This document shows positions 23,425-34,649 of a DNA stretch of 64,000 nucleotides, one piece after another. Numbering within the stretch: the stretch's first letter is position 1; every line of letters starts with the position of its first letter. The position numbers and the translations under genes are program-made. Source of the DNA: Octopus bimaculoides (lineage: Eukaryota); NCBI RefSeq assembly GCF_001194135.2, contig NC_068996.1:52274799-52338798 (forward strand), given 5' to 3'. The notes beneath the pieces are model-generated. The model had not been told where the DNA came from. It saw only the letters and a program-made list of their open reading frames with translations, and did no database searches.

Positions 23425-24225
23425 TTACCATCAGGTGAGGAAACTTTCAGCAATGCCTTATCATATAACAATGACACTAAGCGAAAGAGCAAAAGACACC
23501 AGAAGATCTCATAGAACTGAAACTAGAAAGGTCCCGTTGTTTAACTCAACATTTAATATGAATGTTAGGACTAATGAAGGTAGAGAATTTTGAAATTTAG
23601 TATCTAAGCAATATTCCCTGGGATCATATTATAGAACTTTTAACAGAAACTCTGAAGGTTAGCTATTCTTGTTGAGAAAACATCACTGTGTAAGTTAACC
23701 ATGTTAGTAAGTTAAAGTTAACAAAGTTAGTAAGCTCAATAAACCTAATGAATATGATAATGAGCCTAAATGTAATTACAAATATCCTAGTGGTTGCCCT
23801 TTAAATGGTAATTACCTGATTAAAGGAGTTGAATATAGGTCTAAGATAATGATTGATAATATCCATATATACAATACATAATCTGAGATTATGGAAAGCA
23901 GCTTAAAAATGAGACTTCATTTACACAAGAATTCTTTCATACACCTACAAAACAAGTCATCAACAAGTTTATCAAAGCACATAAGGCAATTAAAAGAAAC
24001 TGGTTCTACCCACTTTAAGGTACAATAGTTTATCTTAGAAAAAAAACTAACATATAAAGACATGTATCAAACCAGAATTCTGTGAGACATCTATTGTGCA
24101 TGAATTAAAAGTGCTTTATCGTGTCCCAAGATAATCTGCATCAAACTGAAAATCAGATCGTTTGAGTAGTTGTAAACACTCTTCAAAATTCTTGATTTCT
24201 AGACTATTACCACCAAATGGCTAGG
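23425..24225 (+). mobile_element. Decayed Penelope-like element C-terminus (thumb, linker, GIY-YIG), Naiad-like
   Basis: LPSGEETFSNA..LFNSTFNMNVRTN..FNRNS/KVSYSC..KCNYKYPSGCPLNGNYL..LKMRLHLHKNSF..STSLSKHIRQLKE..SSCKHSSKFLI. Confidence 0.75.
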
Positions 24226-24913
24226 TGTATAGCATATATAAGCTATGCCAATTATTATTGCTCTATTTTATTTATTCATTAGTTTAACGTAACTCAGTAT
24301 TTGTTGGATATTTTTCCTTTACTTCTCCTTTACTTTCATAAATTTAGCTATCTTTTACTTGTTTTAGTCATCTGACTGTGGCCATGCTGGAGCACTACCT
24401 TGAAGGATTTTATAAATAAATCAGCCCCAGTACTTATTCTATTGGTCTCTTTAGCGAAATTGCTAAGGTACATCATTATCATCATTGTTTAACATCTGCC
24501 TGCCATGCTGGTATGGGTTGGACAGTTTGACAGGAGCTGGCCAGGCAGAAGACTGCACCAGACTTCTGTCTGTTTTGGCACAGTTTTTACTGCTGGATGC
24601 CCTTCCTAACCCCAACCCCCCTGCAGAGTGGGTTGAGTGCTTTTTATCTGGTACAAAAACAAGAGAGGTCAGTTTTGGCATAGTTTTTACAGCTGGCTGT
24701 CCTTCCAAATGCCAGCCACTTTACAGTGTGGACTCAATGCTTTTCATGTGGCACCAGCACTGGTAGGGTCACCAAGTAACTTGCAAGACAAAGAACCTAT
24801 GAAAGGGGAGGGGGTGTTGGAGGAGGTGATCTTGTGTCAGGTGATGAAAGGTTAGAGTGTGACAGAGAAACAGAAACAAGTGTCTTGCTGTAGAAGAGAT
24901 ACATGGTTACCTG

Positions 24914-24916
<3 letters not shown>

Positions 24917-24960
<44 letters not shown>
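24917..24960. repeat. (AG)n microsatellite
   Basis: Perfect dinucleotide run. Confidence 0.95.
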
Positions 24961-24968
<8 letters not shown>

Positions 24969-25469
24969 TGGGGTGAATTATCAAGAATGAGGACAGAACA
25001 GGTGTACTGCTATAAAGAAGATACATGATTACCCAGCCAGAGGGAAAGTGAAAGAAAGAGAGAGCAGGAAAGAGATGGTGGTGAAGTGCTAGCGCATACT
25101 CACAAAGAATAGGGATCAGAACATAGATTTGATGGTGGAGTAAAAGAAGAGAGAGAGAGAGAGAGATGGTGGCAAGTGCCAGGGCATATCCTCAAGGTAC
25201 AGAGGTCATAATATAAGTGGCAGAGTATTACCAAAAAAGGCATGATTGGGGGTGGGGAAGGCAGTGACTGGTGAGAACCTGAATATATAGAGGGGGAGGG
25301 AATAGCAATGATACAGTGATGATAGGATTGAGGAGTGGGAGATAATCATAGTGTATGAAAGAGGAAATGTGAGGAAGAGAATAGATGCAGTTTTAGAGAA
25401 GAGATGTAGTTTGGTTTGTTGGGGTAGGGTGTGTGAACATTTTATGGTTATGAATTTGGAATTTAAAAT

Positions 25470-26045
25470 TTGAATCGAAATCGAACCGAATCCGACGACT
25501 GGCACCCATGCCAAAATCTCCTTCATTGGAGACTAAACTCTGCTTGCGAAGACCTGTTCGAGCAAGTGAAATCGTAATTAAACCATACTTAATGACTGGC
25601 ACCTGCGCCAGTGGAGCACTAACAGCACTGTTGAGCGTGTTCATTGCCAGAACAGCTGTCTGGCTTCCATGCTAGTGGCACGTAAATAGCACCATTTGAG
25701 CGTAATCGTTACTAGCGTTGCCTTCTAGCACTTGTGCTGGTGGCACGTTAGAAAATAATTCGAGCAAGGTCGTTGTCAGTGCCGCTGGACTGGCTCCTGT
25801 GCAGGTGGCACATAAAAAACACCTTTTGAGTGTGGCCGTTGCCAGTACCGTGTGACTGGCCCTCGTGCCGGTGGCACATAAAAGCACCCACTACACTCTT
25901 GGAATGGTTGGCGTTAGGAAGGGCATCCAGCTGTAGAAACTCTGCCAGATCAGATTAGAGCCTGGTGCAGCCTTCTGGCTTGCCAGTCCTCAGTCAAATT
26001 GTCCAACCCATGCTAGCATGGAAAGTGGACGTTAAACGATGTTGA
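25470..26045 (+). mobile_element. RTE 3' UTR minisatellite and tail
   Basis: Repeated GTGCCGGTGGCAC-RTAAAAAGCACC units then GGTTGGCGTTAGGAAGGGCATCCAGCTGTAGAAAC tail. Confidence 0.85.
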
Positions 26046-26309
26046 TATAATATAAATAATATATATATATGCATATATACATACATACATATATATGTAT
26101 ATACACATGCATATATGGATACAGGATGTCAAAAAAATGTAAACAACATAAAAAAACAAGAACATGAAATACAAAAACATGGAAAACGAACTTTTTTTGC
26201 GAACAACGAAAGAAACAAAATAGAAAAACGATACAGGCAACATGAAGAACAAGCCCTTCATTAGTTCTCCACTGTTTTATCTGCTCTGCATACCCATGTA
26301 TGTATGTAT

Positions 26310-27003
26310 GTCCTGGGATGAGGTGGTGAAGGACGACCTTCGAACATTAGGCCTCACAGAGGCAATGACTAGTGACCGAGACCTTTGGAAATATGCTGTG
26401 CATGAGAAGACTTAGCAAGACAAGTGAGACCATAACACATGGGGTGTAACCAGCCCACTTACGTGTACCTTTCCTTCATTGGACACTAAACTCTGCTTGT
26501 GAAGACCTGTTGAGGGAAGTGAAATCGAAATCAAATCAAATTCGCAAATTCAATGACTGGCACAAGTGCCAGTGGAGCACTAAGAGGACCATCTAAGCGT
26601 GATCGCTGCCAGAGCAGCCGACTGGCTTCCGTGCTGGTGGGATGTAAAAAGAACCATTCAAATGTGTACGTTACAAGCATTGCCTTACTGGCACATGTGC
26701 CGGTGACACATGGAAAAACATTCGTGCGAGGTTGTTGCCAGTGCCACTGGACTGGCTCCCGTGCAGGTGGCTCATAAAAAACACCACTTGAGTGTAGCCG
26801 TTGCCAGTACCACCTGGCTGACCATCGTACTGGTGGCACGTAAAAGCTCCAGAGTGGTTGGTGTTAGGAAGGGCATCCAGTTGTAGAAACTATGCCAGAT
26901 CAGATTGGAGCTTGGTGCAGCCATCTTGTTTGACAGTCCTCAGTCAAATTGTCCAACCCATGCTAGCATGGAAAGCAGACATTAAACGATGATGATGATG
27001 ATG
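26310..27003 (+). mobile_element. RTE 3' end
   Basis: WDEVVKDDLRTLGLTE coding end, minisatellite UTR, (GAT)n tail. Confidence 0.85.
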
Positions 27004-27037
<34 letters not shown>

Positions 27038-27046
27038 GTGTGTGTG

Positions 27047-27112
<66 letters not shown>

Positions 27113-27212
27113 ATATACACACATNNNNNNNNNNNNNNNNNNNNNNNNNNNNNNNNNNNNNNNNNNNNNNNNNNNNNNNNNNNNNNNNNNNNNNNNNNNN
27201 NNNNNNNNNNNN

Positions 27213-27244
<32 letters not shown>

Positions 27245-27257
27245 TACACACATATAT

Positions 27258-27288
<31 letters not shown>

Positions 27289-27304
27289 TACACATGTATA
27301 TATA

Positions 27305-28873
27305 CAATATCAGAGTTGGCACTGTATATGTAGGCACATTGAAATGTAGGTCTAGTGAGATTGTAGAGATGCTTGAACAAGAGACGATGTATGTTGCATA
27401 CAAGAGGTAAGGTAGAGAGGAGCTTCGGCCAGAGTCCTCACAAGCAAAGTACATACGTATATAGGTAATAGTGATGGAATAGTGGGTGTAGGCATACTTC
27501 TTGCAGAAAAATGGGTGGATAAAGTCATAGTGGTAGTGAGGGTGTGTGATAGAGCACTTTAACTCAGGCTAGTCTTGCAGAATGGTACAGCTACAATTAT
27601 CTCTGCTTACGCCACACAAGTGGGCCTACCAAATGAACAAAAGGGGAAATAAACTAGAAGTAGTTAATAGCTTCTGCTACCTAGGCAACCAAGTCTGTAG
27701 TGGGGGTGGTTGCTCTAAGAGTGCAACGGCTAGAATAACAATAGCCTGGGCAAAGTTCAGGGAGCTCCTACCTCTGCTGGCAACTAAGGACCTCTTGCTC
27801 AGGATGAAAGGTAGATTGTATGATGCATGTGTGTGAACTGCCATGCTACATGGCAGTGAAACATGGGCCATGACTGTTGAGGACATGCGTAGGCTTGAAA
27901 GAAATGAAGTTAGTATGATCCGCTGGATGTGTAATGTCAGTGTGCATGCACGACAGAGTGTAGGTACCCTGAGAGAAAAGTTGGACATAAGCAGCATCAG
28001 GTGTGGTGTGCAAGAGAGATGACTGCGCTGGTATGGGTGTGTGTTATGCATAGATGAGGACAGCTGTGTGAGGAAGTGCCACTCCCTAACTGTGGAAGTA
28101 ACCTGTGAAAGAGGCAAACCCAGGAAGACATGGGATGAGATAGTAAAGCATAACCTTCGAACATTGGGCCTCACAGAGACAATGACAGGAGAGCAAGACC
28201 TTTGGAGATATGCTGTGATTGAGAAGACCTGGCAACTCATGTGACATCGCAGCCACACATGTCCAGCCCAGGTAAGAGTAACCCTGATGTCAGGCGATAT
28301 GATATGCTTGAGGAAACCTGTTGAATCAAGTAGAACCAATATCATAGCTGTAGCCAGTACCCCCTGAATGGTTCCCATGCCGGTGGCATGTAAAAAGCAC
28401 GATCCGAATGTGGTCAATGCAGGTCTGCCTGACTGACTCCCATGCAGGTAACACGTGAAAAGCACCCTCTGAATGTGGCCAATGCCAGTAGCCCCTGAGT
28501 GGCTCTCATGCCTGTGACATGTAAAAAGCACCATCAGAACATGGCCAATGCCAGTAGCCCCTGAGTGGCTCTCATGCCTGTGGCATGTAAAAAGCACCAT
28601 CACAACATGGCCAATGCCAGTAGCCCCTGACTGGCACCTAAAAAGCACTATCTGAATGTGATCATTGCCAAGCCCGCTTGAGTGGCTCCTGTGCTGGTGG
28701 CACGTAAAAAGCATTCATTTGACTCTTGGAGTAGTTGGCATTAAGAAGGGCATCTTGTTGTAGAAACATTGCCAGATCAGATTGGATCTTGGCGCAGCCG
28801 CTGACTCTTCAGAACTCAGTCAAACTGTCCAACCCATGCCAGCATGGAAAACGGATATTAAACAATAATGATG
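27305..28873 (+). mobile_element. Internally deleted RTE LINE (EN start joined to post-RT region)
   Basis: IRVGTVYVGTLKCRSSEIVEML (EN start) and IISAY motif, then a jump near 27642 to GNKLEVVNSFCYLG; no RT motifs between; 66-bp tandem units in the 3' UTR. Confidence 0.8.
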
Positions 28874-28934
28874 TATGTATACAATATATATACATATATA
28901 TACACACACACATATACACATGTGTATATACACA

Positions 28935-28984
<50 letters not shown>

Positions 28985-29789
28985 TAATATAAAAAAGCAG
29001 AGAAAAAAGGCAACAAGAAAAAAACATGAGGATGCGGTACATGCAAAGTATTAGCAGATGCTCAGGGAANNNNNNNNNNNNNNNNNNNNNNNNNNNNNNN
29101 NNNNNNNNNNNNNNNNNNNNNNNNNNNNNNNNNNNNNNNNNNNNNNNNNNNNNNNNNNNNNNNNNNNNNNNNNNNNNNNNNNNNNNNNNNNNNNNNNNNN
29201 NNNNNNNNNNNNNNNNNNNNNNNNNNNNNNNNNNNNNNNNNNNNNNNNNNNNNNNNNNNNNNNNNNNNNNNNNNNNNNNNNNNNNNNNTATATATATATA
29301 TATTTATATATAGTCAATTCAAATAAACAAACAATTCCAATAAACAAATAAAAAATGAAAGACTAGAAAAACAGACATGAGAATATGCACAAAAAGTGTA
29401 TCAGCTTTTGATGCTCATTGAAAGGAGAGAGTTTAATGATTCGAGCATAGCTTTTCATTGGAAAGGAGAAAGGGAAATGTCCAAAGAAGGAGAAGAAATC
29501 ACCAATGGCCCACATGTAGTTACATTGCTGAAGTAGAAGCTGTAAGTGTAGATGTAGGTGATGGTGAGGAGGAGGAAAAAAAGGAAGGAGAGTGGAAAGA
29601 GAACTGAAGAAGAGTGAAGTGAAGAGAAAAGAAGTGGAAGAGTCACGGAAATGGCACAAGATAATTTCCTCCAAATGGTTGAATTGCTAAGTACAAGAAG
29701 CATAGAAAACAATTTGCGCTTTATTTCAGATGCAGTCAAAGGACACAATTCTATCGAAACACTACTGGAAACTCCCTTCCAAGTTCTCC

Positions 29790-30006
29790 ATATTAGGTCC
29801 AAACTTTAAAGCAGCTACTCTAAGGGCTGGCACAATGAGAGATAGGTTAGGTGAGCTTGCAGAAATGCTAAGGTATAGACAAGTGTGCAAGATTCATGAC
29901 AGAGTGGTACCACAGACAAGCTCCTTGCAGGCAAGAAATAGGTGTGTAAATTCTTCTGTCCAGGTAAGTGTGATGGCATGGGTGAAATTGGTATTCTATT
30001 AGCACC

Positions 30007-30059
<53 letters not shown>

Positions 30060-32400
30060 ATCTTTTAACATCCATTTTCCATCAGGACATGTGACAAAAT
30101 TATTAAACTTAAGCTAGTTGTAGGCAAAACAAAGTGGCAGTTATCTCCACTTACACACCACATTCATGACTGGTGAATGACCAGAAGGACTGTTTTGTTG
30201 AGTTTATCTAGCAGATGATAACTTCATTACAGCTGATCATTTTAATGGACATACAGGACAATAACCATAATGGCTTTTTTAGTGTCCATAGTGGTTATGG
30301 ATTTGGATAAGATATGAGGAAGGATCAAGGTTCCAAGAGTTCTGCGATGTAAATGACCTCACAATATGCAATATGGACTTCAGGAAACCACTCAGCCACT
30401 TGATTATTTACCAATAAGGTGAACACAAGAACCAGATAGATTTTATTCTCACCAGAAAGCAGAACAAGCAGATGACTGTAAACACTAAATCCTTCCCAGA
30501 TGAAGAATGCATCTTCCAACATAGTCTAGTAGTTGGTGATTTCAAAATAATGGCTGGTCTACTTTAGCAACAAGATAATTGGGAAGAGGAGGAAGAGCTG
30601 GAAGTGGAAAGATTCAAATTCCTCTGTTAGTCATATATTCAGAGAGGTATTAACCAATGCTTAGATGGTAGAGATAAAGACTCACAGAGTAAAACTGGCA
30701 GTTTTTAAAGAACAATCTGCTAAAGACTACAGGCTAGACTTGTGAGAAGATTGTGCTGGTTTGGTCATGTGATGTGGATAGATGCTGACAGCTCCACAAA
30801 GAAATACTGTCCAATCGAAGTGGATGGAACTTGTGGAAGAGGGAGACCCAGGAAGACATGGGACAAAGTAAATGAAGTGCAAGTCTCCAGCCAAACATAG
30901 GGAATGGAAGGAGCAATACTGCAGACAGTGCTATAACAGTAAAGAGACAAGCAAGGAAAGACAAAGAGAGGGTGCAATAGAGAAAATTACCAAATTGCTG
31001 ATAAAGAAACTAACCATTAGATACACATTGAAAGGGGAAAGGCAGAAAAGAAGTTTGCACATTTTTTGCAGAATGAGGGTCAGAGCTGTGAAGTGTTCAG
31101 CATTGCTAAAATTTTGTTGGGGAGAAGTGTGTAAAGAATAATAATGGCACAGATGATCTTACTGATGAAAGGCATGGAAATGCTATGAAAGGCCACTGAA
31201 TGTGATAAATAGAGAGAGAGAGATGAACAGACAAACAGAGCCTACTGCATCTAAACCCTCCCATTACATAGAAGGACTGGTTATCCAAGTTTGCCAGCAG
31301 TATGGTAGATAGAGCAATGAAGGGTATGAAGATAGGGAAAGCAGTTGAGTCATCAAAGATAGTTGCTGAAATGCTCAAAATATCTAGCAAAGTAGGTGAC
31401 AAGATACTCACTCAAAAATACAAAAGAAACATTACACCCAATGACTAGCATTGCAGTGGGGGCAGAAGAGAGGCACCAGAGAGAAATAGCTACAAAAGCA
31501 TCAAACTGTTAAACCAGTTACAGAAACAGTTATTGGAAAACTTATTAAGGAACAGGATTATTCTAGAAAAATGCAGTTCAACTTCATCCAAGGAAGAGGC
31601 ACCAGTGATGTGATATTCCTTGTAAAAAGCTATATGGACAAATACACAAGGAATATGCAGCTAAACCTAGTATTTAATGATCTAGAAAAGGTCTTTGAAA
31701 GAATCCCTCACATCATGATTTGGTGGTCACAAAAAAATTAAGAATAGATGAATGGTTTGTTAAGGGTCATACAAGCTATGAGTGAAGGAGCAGTCAGTAA
31801 GGTGAGAATCAGCAACAAGTTCAGGGAAGAATTTAGTGTGCAGATAGGGAAGATCAGGGATCAGTTCTCAGCTCCAGCCTCTATTTGTTATAATCTTCTG
31901 AGCCATAACAGTTCCTTAGGGAACTGTGTACTAATAACTTAGCTCTTGTAGTAGAATCAATAGAACTGAAACTGAAATTCCAGACAGGAAAGCAAAATCT
32001 AAAATTGAAACACCTTAACGTAAACTTAACAAAAACAAAAGTTTTAGTAAGTAGAAAGAAGGATGGAACTGTTACAGGGTCAAGGAAACAACTATTCTCC
32101 ACTAGCAGAAAAGATGGTAGAAATTCACAAATTGTGCCCATTGTAAGCAATGGACTCACAAAAGGTGGAGTGGGGTTAAAGGTAAGTTAATAGAGAAGGC
32201 AGACTTCAGATGCACCTGTTGCATCAAGATACTAAGTAAGCACTTAGAGTGAACAGGAAATAGATTCTATCAAATGCCCAGATGGCTCCCTAGAAATGTT
32301 TGATAGATTTTTGCTACCCAGATGAACAAATTAACAGTGGGGGGTGGATGTTCTGAAAGTTTGGTAGTTAGAACAAGAATGGGCTGGAGAAGGTTCAGGA
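29790..32400 (+). mobile_element. Decayed RTE LINE (EN and RT remnants, rearranged)
   Basis: LRAGTM..GELAEML EN start; NHSATxLFTN; MQFNFIQGRGTSD; DLEKVFERIP remnants. Confidence 0.7.
30003..30059. repeat. (CAC)n(TAC)n trinucleotide microsatellite
   Basis: Directly visible. Confidence 0.95.
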
Positions 32401-32414
32401 TACTGACAACAAAG

Positions 32415-32830
32415 ATCTTACAGTTCTATATTTAAGATTCCTAGTTCAATTCCAAGCAGTAATAATAATAAATAATAATAACATCGAAAAATACCTTAGG
32501 AATGAGAACATAGGTTCGAAATTTCCCCAAGATACCTGATGAAGGCTGGAGGGTATAATCAGCTGAAACCTTGTGTTAACAACAAACAAGATGAGGACAA
32601 ATATCCGTCAAATGTAAATAATGAACAAAGATCTTATCCTTTAAGGTCAAAGGCAGATTGTACAATGCTGGCATGCAAGATGTGCTGCTGCATAGCAGCA
32701 AGACATGGGCCTCAACGGCAGAAGAAATGTGAAGATGTTATTATTATTATTATTATTATTGTTCAGATTACTGCTTGGAATCGAACTCAGAATGTTGGGG
32801 TTAGTAGCCCACGCTCTTAACCACTACGTC
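32415..32830. mobile_element. Penelope pseudo-LTR fragments in opposed orientation
   Basis: Forward tRNA-B-box/(AAT)n/hammerhead segment at about 32430-32625 and a reverse tRNA-like head at 32738-32830; same family as 42098-43420. Confidence 0.75.
32531..32577 (+). ncRNA. Minimal hammerhead ribozyme motif (cleavage triplet mutated to CTT)
   Basis: GATAC CTGATGA A GGCTG..CAGCT GAAAC CTT GTGTT. Confidence 0.6.
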
Positions 32831-32861
32831 ATTATATATATANNNNNNNNNNNNNNNNNNN

Positions 32862-32903
<42 letters not shown>

Positions 32904-32954
32904 CACACATTTATGTATGTATATTTGTGTGTGTGTATATATATAAAGGAGAAT

Positions 32955-33350
32955 TTATCATCAAACCAAGACTACACTTGAAAAAAAAAGTTATGCTCAG
33001 TGTTTGGTGGGATATGAAGAGTGTTGTAATTATTTGGAAGCATTGCAAAAAAAATTTGCAGGAAAAGGGTTTATCATTGGTCTGTTGTAAATGGTTGTTA
33101 CTCTTCCACATATTGCCCAAGCCATGCAGGAAAAGAGTATAGCATTAAATGTGGAGTTTTTGCATCCTCCTCCTTATTCTCCTGATTAACAGTTCCATCT
33201 GACTATCATCTTTTCAGATCATTATTTAGAAAAATAAAAATTTATTATTGTTTCTTTTCTTCAACACCTTTAGAATTTTACACCCAAGAGATCAACAACT
33301 GCCAAATAGATGGAACTATGTTATCAATAATGAGGTTAAGTATTATCTTG
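32955..33350 (+). mobile_element. mariner transposase remnant
   Basis: KPRLHLKKKVMLSVWWDMKSVV..LHPPPYSPD..SDYHLFRSL. Confidence 0.85.
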
Positions 33351-33614
33351 AATCATTATCAGAATCCATTAAGACCATTTGTTTCTTTCCCAGCCTAAAA
33401 TGCAACAGGACTTTCTTTCCAACATAACACAGGCACATTAGTGTATATTTCTTTTCTCTCCTCCCCCAATTCTAGAAATATATTCTTATAAATATCTTCA
33501 TTCATGTAAGTTAAAAACAACCTCTTTCTTTCTTCTTTTTTTTTCTCCCTTTTTATATGCTTGGATACTATCTTTTTTGTCCACTCCACTTTCTTTATGA
33601 TGATAATAATGCGT

Positions 33615-34035
33615 TCCAGCGGCACATAAAAAGCACCTTTTGAGCATGGGGCCTCATGGAGACAATGTGGCCCAAACTGGTGTTGTGGAACTAGCAACAG
33701 TGCCCGTGGCATGTAAAAAGCACCTTTTGAGTGCTGGGCCTCATGAAGGCAATGTCAAATGACTGAGACCTTTGACAATATGCTGTGCTTGGGAAGGAAG
33801 ATCCATCAAGCTGAGTGAAATTGTAGTCATGGCAGATACCGGTGTCACTCAACTGGCACCCATGCTGGTGGACGTAGAAGTGGTTGGCATTAGGAAAGGC
33901 ATCCAGCCATAGAAACCATGCCAAATAAGACTGGGGTCTGGCTCAGCCACTCAGCTTACCAGGCCTGGTCAAACGGTCCAACCCGTGCCAGCATGGACAA
34001 CAGGCATTCAATGATGATGATGATGATGATGATGA
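33615..34035 (+). mobile_element. RTE 3' UTR and tail fragment
   Basis: GGCACATAAAAAGCACC units, shared tail, (GAT)n. Confidence 0.75.
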
Positions 34036-34649
34036 TAAGAACCCAATTCTCATTTTCTCCTCTCATAAATATTTTGTCACATTCATTCATCAAGTAAGTT
34101 CTCTATATGACTTGAACTTTATATATTATGATGTGTAGAATTGTTTTCCTAATGTTTCTGGTTCATTCACTTAAAAATCCTTGGCTGTCTGCCACACAAC
34201 TACGATGCGCCAAGCCCATCCAACACACAACTAGTACTTCAAACTTTCATTCTCTATAATTGTCAGTGTTCTCTCATGGGGCATGTACCTGATACAGCAA
34301 CCCCTCTCTGTCTCATATGAAGATTCTGCACAGAGCCTAACCAACAAAGGCAATAAAATTGTAGCAAACACTCAAACAACAATGAAAATAATATCATTGT
34401 GTTTGTTGATAGCAGTTGTAAACATCACTGATGATATCCTGTGTACCATGAAGAGAATGAATAAATGATGATAAATTTAATGAAAGGTCAAACATAATTC
34501 TGTGAGTAAATCTTATTATTGCAGGCAAACCATAACACATGGTTTCATATTCCTTACAGGTATGGACATTATCAAACAATAACAAACAGTTTTACCACTG
34601 AAAACCTGCCTCCTCTGTCAATTCCAAAACTTCAGGGACATAACCATCA

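Noticed and set aside
23673-23675. In-frame TGA as selenocysteine in a Naiad-like element
   Set aside because: It follows the Cys of KVSYSC rather than replacing a conserved Cys, and the copy has many other stops and frameshifts.
26944-27410. ORFs rich in THTH, IYIY and VCVC
   Set aside because: Translations of (CA)n, (TA)n and (TG)n microsatellites.
27677-28714. 345-aa minus-strand ORF with 22-aa repeats
   Set aside because: Antisense read-through of the RTE C-terminus and its 66-bp tandem units.
28340-28730. CRISPR-like repeat-spacer array
   Set aside because: Whole units are homologous with no unique spacers, there are no cas genes, the context is eukaryotic, and it is the RTE 3' UTR minisatellite.
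31162-31190. CTGATGA as another hammerhead (also near 8498, 22396, 34429 and 63345)
   Set aside because: No stem I/II pairing or GAAAC-NUH arrangement; several lie inside transposon coding remnants.
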